DNA from: Candidatus Jorgensenbacteria bacterium GW2011_GWB1_50_10
Lineage (GTDB): Bacteria; Patescibacteriota; Minisyncoccia; UBA6257; GWB1-50-10
Assembly (NCBI GenBank): GCA_001004105.1
Contig: LCQK01000002.1
Coordinates: forward strand, 141,419 to 195,275
Direction: 5' to 3'
DNA length: 53,857 nt
Below are positions 1 through 9,022 of this stretch, one piece after another (positions within the stretch are counted from its first letter, which is position 1; each line of letters opens with the position of its first letter). Both the position numbers and the translations under genes were made by a program. The notes under the pieces are model-generated. The model made no database searches and was not told the DNA's origin. It was given only the letters and a program-made list of their open reading frames with translations.

Positions 1-737
1 CTCTGAACATTCATGCTCCCATCTTCTAATAAGTATGGGTATTGTTCGGGTAAATAACGTGATAAAAAATCTGCCTTGGGAATTTGAGCGTACAATATAT
101 CCATGGGGATGCCATATCTTTCCAATACTGCCTCAACTTTCCGTCGTTGGGTATCTACGTCTCCATAGGTCAAAATGTGAACGCGCGATACCGGCGAAGA
201 AGTAAGAAGTCGTAGTAAGTGCGCCATATCTTCATGAATGAAGTCGCCGTACGAAACGTCGCGAAACGCTATTTCTATCGCTTCTACTTGTTCAGGAAAA
301 CGATCTCTTAATTTATCTATAAATACATCCTGGCGATACATCTTCTCGCCTGTCCTTTCGTCAGGGATCTTACAAGATTCGTACAATTCAACGATCTGAT
401 CTCTAGTAAGACCAAGAGTTTCAAGATGTTCCCATATAGCATTATAGTAACCGGTGGTGTCAAAAAGCGTATCGTCGAAATCAAAAAAATATTCGGTGGC
501 TCTGAACCGGTTATTGTTTTGATATTCAGGATTCGTAGCCGAAGAGGCCGGAATATCGTGGGTTTCCTTGATCCGCATCCGATATCCATAATCACCCACT
601 TCCTCCATAACCCTTTCTTCTTCAGGTATTACATCTATTTCTCTGCGCCTCCCCTCAAGATATTGCTCAACCCACTGGTAATAACGCTCTTGTGGAGATC
701 GTTCTTCTCGTTCAGCTCTAAAAGTTTCTTGATTCAT
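1..737 (-). CDS. HAD-superfamily hydrolase-like protein (partial, 3' end beyond window)
   Basis: Hand translation of the minus strand from the ATG at 735-737 stays open to the window edge: MNQETFRAEREERSPQERYYQW...ATEYFFDFDDTLFDTTGYYNAIWEHL. FDFDDT fits HAD motif I (DxDxT). It is missing from the ORF track because no stop lies inside the window. Confidence 0.5.
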   Translation of the reverse strand, partial: MNQETFRAEREERSPQERYYQWVEQYLEGRRREIDVIPEEERVMEEVGDYGYRMRIKETHDIPASSATNPEYQNNNRFRATEYFFDFDDTLFDTTGYYNAIWEHLETLGLTRDQIVELYESCKIPDERTGEKMYRQDVFIDKLRDRFPEQVEAIEIAFRDVSYGDFIHEDMAHLLRLLTSSPVSRVHILTYGDVDTQRRKVEAVLERYGIPMDILYAQIPKADFLSRYLPEQYPYLLEDGSMNVQ

Positions 738-752
738 TGAACTTCTCTTTAG

Positions 753-825
753 TGCTCCCACGGGGAATCGAACCCCGGTTCCAGCGTTGAGAACGCTGTG
801 TCCTAGGCCACTAGACGATAGGAGC
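753..825 (-). tRNA. tRNA-Glu (anticodon CUC)
   Basis: Minus-strand cloverleaf. Acceptor GCUCCUA/UGGGAGC, D stem GUCU/GGAC, anticodon arm CAGCG-UUCUCAA-CGCUG, T arm CGGGG-UUCGAUU-CCCCG, discriminator A. No CCA is encoded. Confidence 0.85.
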
Positions 826-2126
826 TATTCATACAAACTTTTTCTTCTCCACCACACTGGGCTTTGGCGGACTAATAACTCACGGGCTCTTTGCGGTTCG
901 GCCATGACCTCCAGAACAATTTTCTCCATCCGGACGCCTTGCGAGCCCTTCACGAGAATCAAATCGCCTTTCTGAATCATCCCTTCAAGCGCCCGGGCGC
1001 ATTCTTCCAGATTGGTGAAAGCGAAAACCTTTCTTCTAGGTACTCCGCTTTTAACCGCTCTTTCGGCGATGAATTTCGCTTTCATGCCGAGCGTCATTAT
1101 GATGTCCGCACTTTTAGCCGCGAGCTTGCCGATGCCCTCGTGGGCGAGAAGGGTGTATTTGCCCAACTCCAGCATATCGCCCAAGACTGCTATTTTCCTT
1201 TTGGCTTTCAAACTGCGGAGAACATCCAGAGCCTCGTGTGTGGCGGTCGGCGAGGAGTTATAAGTATCGTCAATGATAAAACTCTCTTTCTCCCCGCTTA
1301 TAAGGCGGAGACGACCTGGCGGAGGATTAAACTCCAGTAATGCTTCGGAAATTCTAACCAAGTTCAGGCCGTAAATCAAACCGACGGAAGCGGCGGCGGC
1401 AGCCGCATAAGCGTAGGTTTTGCCGAAAGCGCCGCGAATTTTGACCGGCACGATGTTCCCGGCGTAGCTCAATTTGAAAACCGCGCCTCTGAAATCTTTT
1501 TCAAAACGGTTTTCAAAGTTTGTAATGCAAACATCGGTACCGCTCTCAAATCCGTAAGTAACCGGGTGGGCGCGAGCTTGTTCTTTCATATCCGAAACTA
1601 CCTCATCATCGGCGTTCAAAATCGCAAAACCGGTCGCGGGGAGCGCCGCGACAAGCTTGGTTTTTTCTTCGGCGACTTTTTCCGGTCCGGCAAAAAATTC
1701 CACGTGCACGGGAACCTCGCCTATAGCCGTGACGACGCCGATATGGGGCTTCGCCACGCGAAGGAGATAATTCATGTCGTCGGGCCTATCCACGCCGTAT
1801 TCCAAAACAATGAGTTCTGGATAGTTCGGATTTCTGAAAACCAGCTGGCTAATTGCGAAGAAGAAAACCTTAAACCAGAAAAATCTGCCCTCCGTTCTAT
1901 CCCAGTCACCCAAAATGGTGAGCGGCAGGCCAATTTCGTTGTTAAAGCTTTTGCCCGAGGCCCGCACCTTCCGGCTGCTCCCCAAAACCGCCGCAATCGC
2001 CATTTTGGCGGAGGTTTTGCCGACGCTGCCGGTTACGCCAATCAAACTTGGTTTGTAACGATTCAGAGTCAGTGCCGCGAGCCATCTTAAAATTCCGGCT
2101 AATGGTTTCAATAAAATTCTTTTCAT
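825..2126 (-). CDS. murF: UDP-N-acetylmuramoyl-tripeptide--D-alanyl-D-alanine ligase
   Basis: 433 aa with the Mur-ligase P-loop GVTGSVGKTS. It sits at the end of the dcw cluster, downstream of ftsI. Confidence 0.85.
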   Translation of the reverse strand: MKRILLKPLAGILRWLAALTLNRYKPSLIGVTGSVGKTSAKMAIAAVLGSSRKVRASGKSFNNEIGLPLTILGDWDRTEGRFFWFKVFFFAISQLVFRNPNYPELIVLEYGVDRPDDMNYLLRVAKPHIGVVTAIGEVPVHVEFFAGPEKVAEEKTKLVAALPATGFAILNADDEVVSDMKEQARAHPVTYGFESGTDVCITNFENRFEKDFRGAVFKLSYAGNIVPVKIRGAFGKTYAYAAAAAASVGLIYGLNLVRISEALLEFNPPPGRLRLISGEKESFIIDDTYNSSPTATHEALDVLRSLKAKRKIAVLGDMLELGKYTLLAHEGIGKLAAKSADIIMTLGMKAKFIAERAVKSGVPRRKVFAFTNLEECARALEGMIQKGDLILVKGSQGVRMEKIVLEVMAEPQRARELLVRQSPVWWRRKSLYE

Positions 2127-3721
2127 AAGTCGTTTGTAGTCAGGTTATCCGGCGGAACCTGATAATAGTTTAAAACGTATTCGGCGAGTTCCCTAAAAGC
2201 CGGCACGACCGTCTGGCCCGCCAAAGGGCTCTGCGGCTTATCCAACTTGATCATGATCACGAAACGGGGGTTACTTACCGGCGCAAAACCGATAAATGTG
2301 TGAATGAGCTCACCGCCGTATCCGCCGCGGACGAAATCGGGCACTTGGGCCGTGCCGGTTTTGCCGGCCACTCGGTAATTGGGGATTGAGGCCACCGCGG
2401 CCTCCCGAACAGCGGATTCCATCATTCCCATCACTTTTTGGGCCGTATCTTCGTTTATCACGCGTCTTACTTCTTCCGGTTCCAGGCTCGCGCTCACGTA
2501 CGGCCTCATTAGAACTCCGCCGTTTGCCAAAACCGAAAAAGCGTTGATTATCTGAATAGGTGTCACCGCCGTCCCTTGGCCGAAAGAAGCGGTCGCGAAA
2601 TCAATGGCTCGGGCGTTTTTGTTTTCCAAATTTTTCAAACTGCCTCTCGTTTCGTCGGGCAAATCAACATTCGACAGTTGGCCAAAGCCGAATTTTTTCA
2701 GATATTCGTAAAAATTATCGTGGCCTATTTTCGATTCGGCGAAAACCGCGCCGGTGTTCACCGACCGCTCGATTACCCGCGTCATGGAGATTTGGCCGTA
2801 GGCCTTATGGTCCCAGTTCTCAATCGTCTTGCCGTTTAAAGTAATCTTACCGCTGTCGTAATAAGTGGAGGTCGGCGTGATCACACCCAAATCGATGCCG
2901 GCAGCCATCGTAATCGGTTTAAAAACAGAACCAGGCTCGTAAATCGCCTGGACTACAGGATTAGTAAAATTTTTGACTGGCGAGGCGCCGTAATCGTTCG
3001 GATTGAAACCAGGCGCGCTCGCCATAGCAATAATTTTGCCGGTTTTGGGTTCTTCAATGATAATCGAGCCGCCTTCGGCGGAAAATTTTTCCACGAGCTC
3101 TTTCAGGAGTTCTTCTGATTTTGATTGAAGATTAATGTCAATCGTAAGATTGACGTTGCCGCCGTCTTTTAAATCATCGTCATGCTCTCGTTCCAATCCG
3201 TAAAGGCCGACTGGCTCGTCGTATTTGTCGTTCACGCCCACGAAGCCGATGAGTTGAGCAGCCAAGTCATCAAACTGATAAGAACGATATTGTTTCTGGT
3301 CAATGTAAATTCCTTTTAAATTGAGTTCCTCCACCGCCCGCAACTCATCGCTCTCTGCCCTCTCCACGAGGAGGCGAAACAAACTCTCTTTATTGCTTAA
3401 AATCTCCTTCAGTTCTTCCTCTTCCCAGCCAATTAGGGGTGAAAGCAGAGCCGCCGCCTCGGCCGCGTCTTCAACGTCCTTGGGCGAGGCAAGAATAACC
3501 GGGTAATCCCGATTTAAAGCCGCCGAAGTTCTTTTCCCCGTCCGGTCGGTTACGGTAATTTCGCCCCGCCGGAGATCGAGCGCCGCCTGGAACTCACTCC
3601 GCGCCTCGGCTTTGGCGAAATAATATTCCCCTTTTTGTATTTGAAGATGAAAAAGATTGGCCCCTAAAAGGCCGAAAAGAACTAAAAATACCCCGCTTAG
3701 TAGGAAGAATCGGACAGCCAT
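2123..3721 (-). CDS. ftsI: Penicillin-binding protein, division transpeptidase (FtsI-like)
   Basis: N-terminal TM helix and the transpeptidase motifs SVFKP (SxxK), SVN (SxN) and KTGTA (KTG). Located between ftsL and murF. Confidence 0.8.
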   Translation of the reverse strand: MAVRFFLLSGVFLVLFGLLGANLFHLQIQKGEYYFAKAEARSEFQAALDLRRGEITVTDRTGKRTSAALNRDYPVILASPKDVEDAAEAAALLSPLIGWEEEELKEILSNKESLFRLLVERAESDELRAVEELNLKGIYIDQKQYRSYQFDDLAAQLIGFVGVNDKYDEPVGLYGLEREHDDDLKDGGNVNLTIDINLQSKSEELLKELVEKFSAEGGSIIIEEPKTGKIIAMASAPGFNPNDYGASPVKNFTNPVVQAIYEPGSVFKPITMAAGIDLGVITPTSTYYDSGKITLNGKTIENWDHKAYGQISMTRVIERSVNTGAVFAESKIGHDNFYEYLKKFGFGQLSNVDLPDETRGSLKNLENKNARAIDFATASFGQGTAVTPIQIINAFSVLANGGVLMRPYVSASLEPEEVRRVINEDTAQKVMGMMESAVREAAVASIPNYRVAGKTGTAQVPDFVRGGYGGELIHTFIGFAPVSNPRFVIMIKLDKPQSPLAGQTVVPAFRELAEYVLNYYQVPPDNLTTNDL

Positions 3722-4008
3722 GTGTTCTCAGTCAGGTATTCCGGATTTCTCTCTAAAATCAGGCTTGCCGCGGCCGCTTCTTTTTCCAAGAGCACCGGGT
3801 TAATCGTTTTGTAGAGCGCGTTTTTCAGGTCGGCGTTCAGGGCCTCCACTTTAACGATTTCTGCTTTTAGATTCTTCAGTTCAAAACGGTTATCAACCAA
3901 AGAATTGTATTCAAAAATATACACAAGAGATCCTATTAGAACTATAGCAAACACTAGCATTAAAAAACGGGCATAACTTTCTTTTGCGGCTGGTTTAATG
4001 ATGGTCAT
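3697..4008 (-). CDS. ftsL: Small bitopic coiled-coil division protein (FtsL-like)
   Basis: 103 aa with one TM helix (FLMLVFAIVLIGSLVYIF) followed by a coiled-coil-like segment. It occupies the canonical slot between rsmH and ftsI. Confidence 0.55.
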   Translation of the reverse strand: MTIIKPAAKESYARFLMLVFAIVLIGSLVYIFEYNSLVDNRFELKNLKAEIVKVEALNADLKNALYKTINPVLLEKEAAAASLILERNPEYLTENTWLSDSSY

Positions 4009-4907
4009 TGAATCTGTTTTTCTTGAGCGACCTTTAAACCTCTAAGTTTTGCCGAACGGCTGCGGGGATTGTTTTGGATTTCTTCGGGCGAGGGGGTTAT
4101 CGGTTTTTTAGTGAGGATTTCCACAAAGCCGTTTTGCTTCCACTGTCTGAACTCATTCTTGACAATTCTGTCCTCAAGCGAATGAAAAGAAATCACCGCA
4201 AGACGGCCGCCGGGATTCAGAATTTGCGGGACTGATTCCAAGAACGTTCTCAAATTTTCCAGTTCTTGATTCACGAAAATCCGAAGCGCCTGAAAAGTGC
4301 GGGTGGCGGGATTTATCCGTCCGTGCTCGTAATTCTTCGGAACAGCCGAAGCGACGACTTCGGCGAGTTTTTTGGAGGTCGCGACCGGCAAATTCTTCTT
4401 TATGGTCCTTGCGATTCTGCCTGCAAATCTTTCTTCGCCGAAGTCCTTGATTACTTTTGCGAGGTTGGATTCGCTCTCTTCGCTGAGCACGCGGTAGGCC
4501 GGCCTCGTCCTATCCGAGTAGGTCATCAAAAGCGGTTCATCACGCAAAAAACTGAATCCGCGGCCCGCTCCGCCAGCTGGCGGATCAAGCTGTTCGGAGG
4601 AAAAACCCAAATCCAGGAGAACTCCGTCCGCTTTGACAATATTTTCATTTTTCAGAATTTCTTTCATATTTTTGAAATTATCGTTCACTAAAATAATCGT
4701 TGACTGATGATTCGTGATTTTTAATTCAAATTTTTCAATAGCGTTTTTATCCCAATCGATGCCAATCAACTTCCCACCAGGTGAGATTTTCTCCAAAATC
4801 GCTTTTGCGTGTCCCCCGCCGTCAATCGTGCCGTCCACGAATATTTCACCGGCTTTGGGATTTAATACCTCCATTACTTCATTTAAAAGAACTGGCTTAT
4901 GCTCCAT
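4005..4907 (-). CDS. rsmH: 16S rRNA (cytosine1402-N4)-methyltransferase
   Basis: 300 aa starting HKPVLLNEV...DGTIDGGGHA, with LLDLGFSS and FHSLEDR segments typical of MraW/RsmH. Follows mraZ. Confidence 0.9.
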   Translation of the reverse strand: MEHKPVLLNEVMEVLNPKAGEIFVDGTIDGGGHAKAILEKISPGGKLIGIDWDKNAIEKFELKITNHQSTIILVNDNFKNMKEILKNENIVKADGVLLDLGFSSEQLDPPAGGAGRGFSFLRDEPLLMTYSDRTRPAYRVLSEESESNLAKVIKDFGEERFAGRIARTIKKNLPVATSKKLAEVVASAVPKNYEHGRINPATRTFQALRIFVNQELENLRTFLESVPQILNPGGRLAVISFHSLEDRIVKNEFRQWKQNGFVEILTKKPITPSPEEIQNNPRSRSAKLRGLKVAQEKQIQ

Positions 4908-5338
4908 CAGATTCCCAGCTCGCCTATTTTTTCCGCAATTTCGTCGGAGGCGGCTTCGGTCTTGGATTTATAATTCATCCAGTTCCTGGCATCCCAAACC
5001 TCTATTCGGTTGTAAAGGCCGGCGAGAACTACTTGTTTTTTGAGTCCGGCGTACTCGCGCAAATAATCCGGCACCAGAACCCTGCCCTGGGAATCTATTT
5101 CCGTATCGCTCGCGCCGGCGAGCATCAAGCGGACGAAAGCCCGAGAGTTGGCTTGAGCCAAAGGAAGCGCAACGAGCTTCAGAACCACTTTTTCCCACTC
5201 GCTTTTATTGAAAATGAAAAGCGAACGGTCCAAACCGCGGGTAATAATCGCGCCAGCCGACAAATCACTCCGAAACTTGGCCGGAATGGCAAGCCGTCCT
5301 TTTGTATCTAGATTATGTTTGTATTCACCAAGTAGCAT
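4907..5338 (-). CDS. mraZ: Transcriptional regulator MraZ
   Basis: 143 aa. MLLGEYKHNLDTKGRLAIPAKFR and a second DSQGRVLVP repeat give the duplicated SpoVT/AbrB-like MraZ fold. First gene of the dcw cluster. Confidence 0.9.
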   Translation of the reverse strand: MLLGEYKHNLDTKGRLAIPAKFRSDLSAGAIITRGLDRSLFIFNKSEWEKVVLKLVALPLAQANSRAFVRLMLAGASDTEIDSQGRVLVPDYLREYAGLKKQVVLAGLYNRIEVWDARNWMNYKSKTEAASDEIAEKIGELGI

Positions 5339-5362
5339 GTTAGTTTTCCCCAGATTGAGGCC

Positions 5363-5392
5363 TTATCCCCATACTTATCCACAATTCCCCAC
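5363..5392 (-). promoter_or_regulatory. Putative MraZ operator (three 10-bp-phased GTGGG-like direct repeats)
   Basis: The minus strand reads GTGGGGAATT-GTGGATAAGT-ATGGGGATAA, 25-55 nt upstream of the mraZ ATG. Further TGGGG motifs flank it. Confidence 0.45.
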
Positions 5393-5455
5393 TTCTATTG
5401 AATGATAAGCCACTACTCCCCAAATAACAAAATGACGCCCTACGGGATTTATGAA

Positions 5456-5488
5456 AAGAAAAAAACCTGATTAAATCAGGATTTTTTC
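5456..5488. terminator. Bidirectional intrinsic terminator after rplJ-rplL-tRNA-Val
   Basis: CCTGAT-TAA-ATCAGG hairpin flanked by an A-run and a T-run. On the minus strand the hairpin is followed by UUUUUUUC. Confidence 0.6.
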
Positions 5489-5551
5489 CAAAACGAAACT
5501 GAAATTATTAACAAGTTATTCCCAGCGCCAAAAACAATATCAATTCATTCG

Positions 5552-5623
5552 TGGGCGTTGCTGGAATCGAACCAGCGGCCTCTGTCGTGTGAGGACAGCG
5601 CTCTACCACTGAGCTAAACGCCC
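5552..5623 (-). tRNA. tRNA-Val (anticodon CAC)
   Basis: Acceptor GGGCGUU/AACGCCC, D arm GCUC-AGUGGUA-GAGC, anticodon arm CUGUC-CUCACAC-GACAG, T arm GCUGG-UUCGAUU-CCAGC. No CCA is encoded. Confidence 0.85.
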
Positions 5624-5633
5624 ATCTGTTGAG

Positions 5634-6002
5634 TTACTGCAACTCAACAGTCGCGCCGACTTCTTCCAGTTTCTTTTTCAATTCCTCCGCTTCTTCTTTT
5701 TTAAGATTTTCTTTTACCACTTTAGGTGCACCGTCGGCAATGTTTTTAGCTTCCTTCAGACCCACGCCCGCGGCTTCTTTGATGATTTTGATGACGTTGA
5801 TTTTCTGGTCACCGGCCGCCTTGAGAAGAACGTTCCAAGACGTTTTCTCGGCCGCTTCCGCATCGCCGGTCACGCCTCCGCCAGAGGCTACGGCGACCGA
5901 GGCCGAAACGTCGAATTTTTCCTCGAGCGCCTTAACAAGATCGGAGAGTTCCACCACCGTCAACTTTTCGATTTTTTCGATTATGTCGTTGAATTTTTCC
6001 AT
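5634..6002 (-). CDS. rplL: 50S ribosomal protein L7/L12
   Basis: 122 aa with an Ala/Gly-rich hinge and the C-terminal domain [56 protein letters not shown]. Confidence 0.95.
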   Translation of the reverse strand: MEKFNDIIEKIEKLTVVELSDLVKALEEKFDVSASVAVASGGGVTGDAEAAEKTSWNVLLKAAGDQKINVIKIIKEAAGVGLKEAKNIADGAPKVVKENLKKEEAEELKKKLEEVGATVELQ

Positions 6003-6010
6003 CTTTAAAT

Positions 6011-6505
6011 TTATGACTTACGACCTTTTTCGTTCAAAACATGCATCAGCATCTTTATTGGCGTTCCGAGCATTCCCATAAGCTGAGAAAGAAGCACCTC
6101 CCGCGAAGGCAGTGAACCGAAACGAATGACGTTAGCGCTTTCAATGAATGTTTTATCCTTAACATTAAACCCGCCTAAAATTTTCATCGCCTTGTCCGCC
6201 GTTTTCCCAAATTTATAAACGACGGAGGCGGTTTCCTGCAAACCTTCTGGCGAGAAAAGAACGCCGGTCTGGCCTGCAAACGCTTTCGGGTTGAATTCAA
6301 GACCCGCCTTCTCAAAAACAAATTTCAGGAGACGTTTCTTGATCAACTGGAAAACACCGCCCATTTCCTTCACTGCCCGGCGGAAAGCGTTCAGCTTATT
6401 CACGGAAAGGCCGGTGAAATCAACTAAAATTACCGTCTCACTTTTCAGGAGAGAATCGCTTCCACTTTCAATGGCCTTATGCTTTTGTTCTTTTGTTTTA
6501 GGCAT
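6011..6505 (-). CDS. rplJ: 50S ribosomal protein L10
   Basis: 164 aa immediately upstream of rplL, with an L10-like sequence ([23 protein letters not shown]). Confidence 0.9.
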   Translation of the reverse strand: MPKTKEQKHKAIESGSDSLLKSETVILVDFTGLSVNKLNAFRRAVKEMGGVFQLIKKRLLKFVFEKAGLEFNPKAFAGQTGVLFSPEGLQETASVVYKFGKTADKAMKILGGFNVKDKTFIESANVIRFGSLPSREVLLSQLMGMLGTPIKMLMHVLNEKGRKS

Positions 6506-6572
6506 AAAAAAAGCTGCGTTTCCGCAGACGTAAAAATATCTTTTGCCTCGGTAGGACTTATTGCTTGCCTAC
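6506..6572 (-). promoter_or_regulatory. Candidate rplJ leader (two hairpins, second followed by U7 abutting the ATG)
   Basis: The minus strand has GTAGG-N12-CCTAC, then CTGCG-GAAA-CGCAG followed by CTTTTTTT-ATG. No Shine-Dalgarno is visible. Resembles an L10-leader-type attenuator, but I cannot verify the fold. Confidence 0.3.
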
Positions 6573-6623
6573 TGTCTACGGATTACTTACTATCTTACCA
6601 CCACCAAAAATAGTGTCAAGAGC

Positions 6624-6816
6624 GAATAGCTTTTCTCTTCTTCGTCAGACAGCTTCGGCCCTGCCTGCCGGCAGGCAGGTCGGGCGATTTCGTCCCGCTT
6701 CGGCGGGACTCAACCCTTCGCTCCGCCTAGATCCGCAAGCGGATGGCGTCGCTCACCCTAAAGGGCTCCGCCGAAGAATTGAGGGGAAAGTCTGACTCAA
6801 AAAAGAAAAGCTATTC
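6624..6816. repeat. Multi-hairpin palindromic element, copy A (candidate structured RNA or MITE-like element)
   Basis: Closed by the inverted termini GAATAGCTTTTCT/AGAAAAGCTATTC. Contains the 20-bp palindrome CCTGCCTGCCGGCAGGCAGG (6660-6679) and the hairpins GTCCCGC-TTCG-GCGGGAC, ATCCG-CAAG-CGGAT and CCC-TAAA-GGG. Homologous in inverse orientation to 32431-32658. Confidence 0.7.
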
Positions 6817-6855
6817 TTAATTCCAATTTAAGTCGAAGCAAACGAGAAAATCTAT

Positions 6856-7959
6856 CTACAACTCTTTATCTAAATCCTCTAATAATTTTTTAGCTTTTAC
6901 TGAAAGCCGCTTCGGGGTTTTAAGGGAAAACGAAACATAGAGGTCGCCGCGCTTACCGCTCATTCCGAAAACCGGCATGCCGCGCTCCGGCACCCGGAGC
7001 TTTTCCTTGAAATCAAAATCCGGCGGCACCCGAACGGCGAAATGTTCGCCGCTTATATCTTTAAATTTTATTTCCTTCCCGAGCATCGCGTCGGTCAAAC
7101 GGGTTTCCACTGTTATAAATAAATCATTTCTTTGCCGAGAAAAAATCGGATGAGATTTGACGTTAATGACGACATAAAGGTCGCCGGCCTTGCCTCCGCG
7201 TTCCCCGTCTTCTCCCGCCCCCGGTACTTTAATGAGCTGACCGTCCTCCACGCCGGCGTTCACGTTGATTGAAACCTCACGAAGGCCGGAGATTCTGCCC
7301 ACGCCGCCGCAAACCGGGCAGGAACTATTGGGCATTTCGCCTCGACCGAAACAGGTGGGACAGGTTTTGATTTGGGCAAAATTGCCGAAAAACGTTTTCT
7401 TCTGTTCCTTGATTTCGCCTCGGCCCTGGCAGACGGAACAGGAGATGAGGCCTTTGGCCTTATCGTAGCCCAAACCGCCGCATTCCTTGCAGGCAAGGTT
7501 AGTGCGAAAACTTATTTTTTTTCGGAGGCCGCGAAAGGCCTCTTCAAGGGTGATTTCCTGCCTTACCTCCACATCTGAGCCGGCAGTGTAGGTTTGGCGT
7601 CTCACGCCGCCCTTGAACTGGCTAAAAAAGCTATCAAAAACATCGCCCCAATCGAACATTTCGTCGCCGAAGTCAGAACTCCAATTGAAACCGGGGAAAC
7701 CGCCCCAGCCGGAGGCTGGTCCGCCTTCGGCGGAGAATCCACCGCCCTCAGAGAAAACGCGGCCAAACCGGTCATATTGGCTTCGCTTTTCCTTGTTAGA
7801 GAGCACCTGATAGGCCTCGTTGATTTTTTTGAACCGCTCGCCGTCACCACCGGACTTGTCCGGGTGATATTTATGGGCAAGGCGCCGATAGGCCTTTTTA
7901 ATTTCCTCCTCGCTCGCCTCCTTGGTAACGCCCAAAATTTTGTAGTAATCATCCGCCAT
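6856..7959 (-). CDS. dnaJ: Molecular chaperone DnaJ
   Basis: J domain (DYYKILGV...HPDK), a G/F-rich region and four CxxCxGxG zinc-finger repeats. Confidence 0.95.
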   Translation of the reverse strand: MADDYYKILGVTKEASEEEIKKAYRRLAHKYHPDKSGGDGERFKKINEAYQVLSNKEKRSQYDRFGRVFSEGGGFSAEGGPASGWGGFPGFNWSSDFGDEMFDWGDVFDSFFSQFKGGVRRQTYTAGSDVEVRQEITLEEAFRGLRKKISFRTNLACKECGGLGYDKAKGLISCSVCQGRGEIKEQKKTFFGNFAQIKTCPTCFGRGEMPNSSCPVCGGVGRISGLREVSINVNAGVEDGQLIKVPGAGEDGERGGKAGDLYVVINVKSHPIFSRQRNDLFITVETRLTDAMLGKEIKFKDISGEHFAVRVPPDFDFKEKLRVPERGMPVFGMSGKRGDLYVSFSLKTPKRLSVKAKKLLEDLDKEL

Positions 7960-7969
7960 AATTTATGTC

Positions 7970-9022
7970 CTAACTAAGCAGTATAAACTGCCGACCTCTG
8001 TTTTCCACGGTAATATAAGCGAAGCCAGTAATCAAGAGGAATTTAAAAAGAATGAAAGCCATAAATTCAATGAGCCAGTAAAGAAGAAAAGCGACACCCT
8101 TCACGGTAAAGAAGAAGAGAACGGCAGCAATAATTTCCACGGACGATCTAAGGGACGGCGTGAGATTTTCTAAATAATCCCGGCTGAGCCGAAAAGCGAG
8201 GTCCCGAAAAGTTTCTCTAACTTCAAATGCGCCGATGAATTTTTTAAGCTCTTCGGCAAGCTTTGACGAGGACTCGCTCACAATTCTCACCTGTTCCAAC
8301 GCCGGCAGGCGCTGGAAGTCGATAGCCGCATCCGAGGCGCCCGAATCAAAGCCGCCGGGCGAGAGCCGCCGAAGTTGGTTTCGGGCGAGAGCGTTCAAGA
8401 AATCGCCGACTGTCCCCTCGGGAGCGAAATCCACAGTAAGAACCAGTTTCACAACCGGCCGGGCGGCGACGAGCGTCTCGTTTACGATAGCGCGGCCGAC
8501 ATTCTGGTTGAAATTGCCCCAGACGAAATAATTCAAATAGAAAACAGCCGAGAGAAATAGAATGAAGCCGGTCACGGCCCGGGGCAAAACACTCTTCACG
8601 ATGGAAAAAAATCTGATCTCCAAACTGTTGGAGAGTTCTCGCTGGCCGCGAATTGAGGAAGAAAGAAGCGCGAGGAATAACACCGCCGCACCGAAAACAA
8701 GATAAAGCGGCGTCCCTGGACCGTTAAAAAACCGCGAGTAAAAAACAAGGAGCGGCGCCAAAGTTTCCAAAAGAATGAGAGGCACCATCTTCAGGCGGCT
8801 TTTTACAAAAAAAACCTGGAGCAGAAAAAGGACGAAAAACAAAAGGGCGAAAACGAAGCACCAGAGAAGGTCTGTTCCTTGGACGGAAAGAAGGAATTTA
8901 TTAAATGAGCTGACGGCGAAAAAAACAAAAAAAGCGGCGAGCACTGCGATAATGACCGCTTTCCAAAAACTGCGGTCAATTTCCTCTTCCCTTGATTCCT
9001 TAATTACTTGGAGGGGGCTCAT
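7970..9022 (-). CDS. Polytopic membrane protein of unknown function
   Basis: 350 aa with many hydrophobic helices and no motif I recognise. Inserted between dnaK and dnaJ, overlapping the dnaK 3' end. Confidence 0.6.
   Translation of the reverse strand: MSPLQVIKESREEEIDRSFWKAVIIAVLAAFFVFFAVSSFNKFLLSVQGTDLLWCFVFALLFFVLFLLQVFFVKSRLKMVPLILLETLAPLLVFYSRFFNGPGTPLYLVFGAAVLFLALLSSSIRGQRELSNSLEIRFFSIVKSVLPRAVTGFILFLSAVFYLNYFVWGNFNQNVGRAIVNETLVAARPVVKLVLTVDFAPEGTVGDFLNALARNQLRRLSPGGFDSGASDAAIDFQRLPALEQVRIVSESSSKLAEELKKFIGAFEVRETFRDLAFRLSRDYLENLTPSLRSSVEIIAAVLFFFTVKGVAFLLYWLIEFMAFILFKFLLITGFAYITVENRGRQFILLS

Noticed and set aside
6565-6795. 76-aa plus-strand ORF (…ALPAGRQVGRFRPASAGLNPSLRLDPQADG…)
   Set aside because: It is a read-through of stacked hairpins in structured element A. 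Homologous copy B is inverted and does not preserve this frame.
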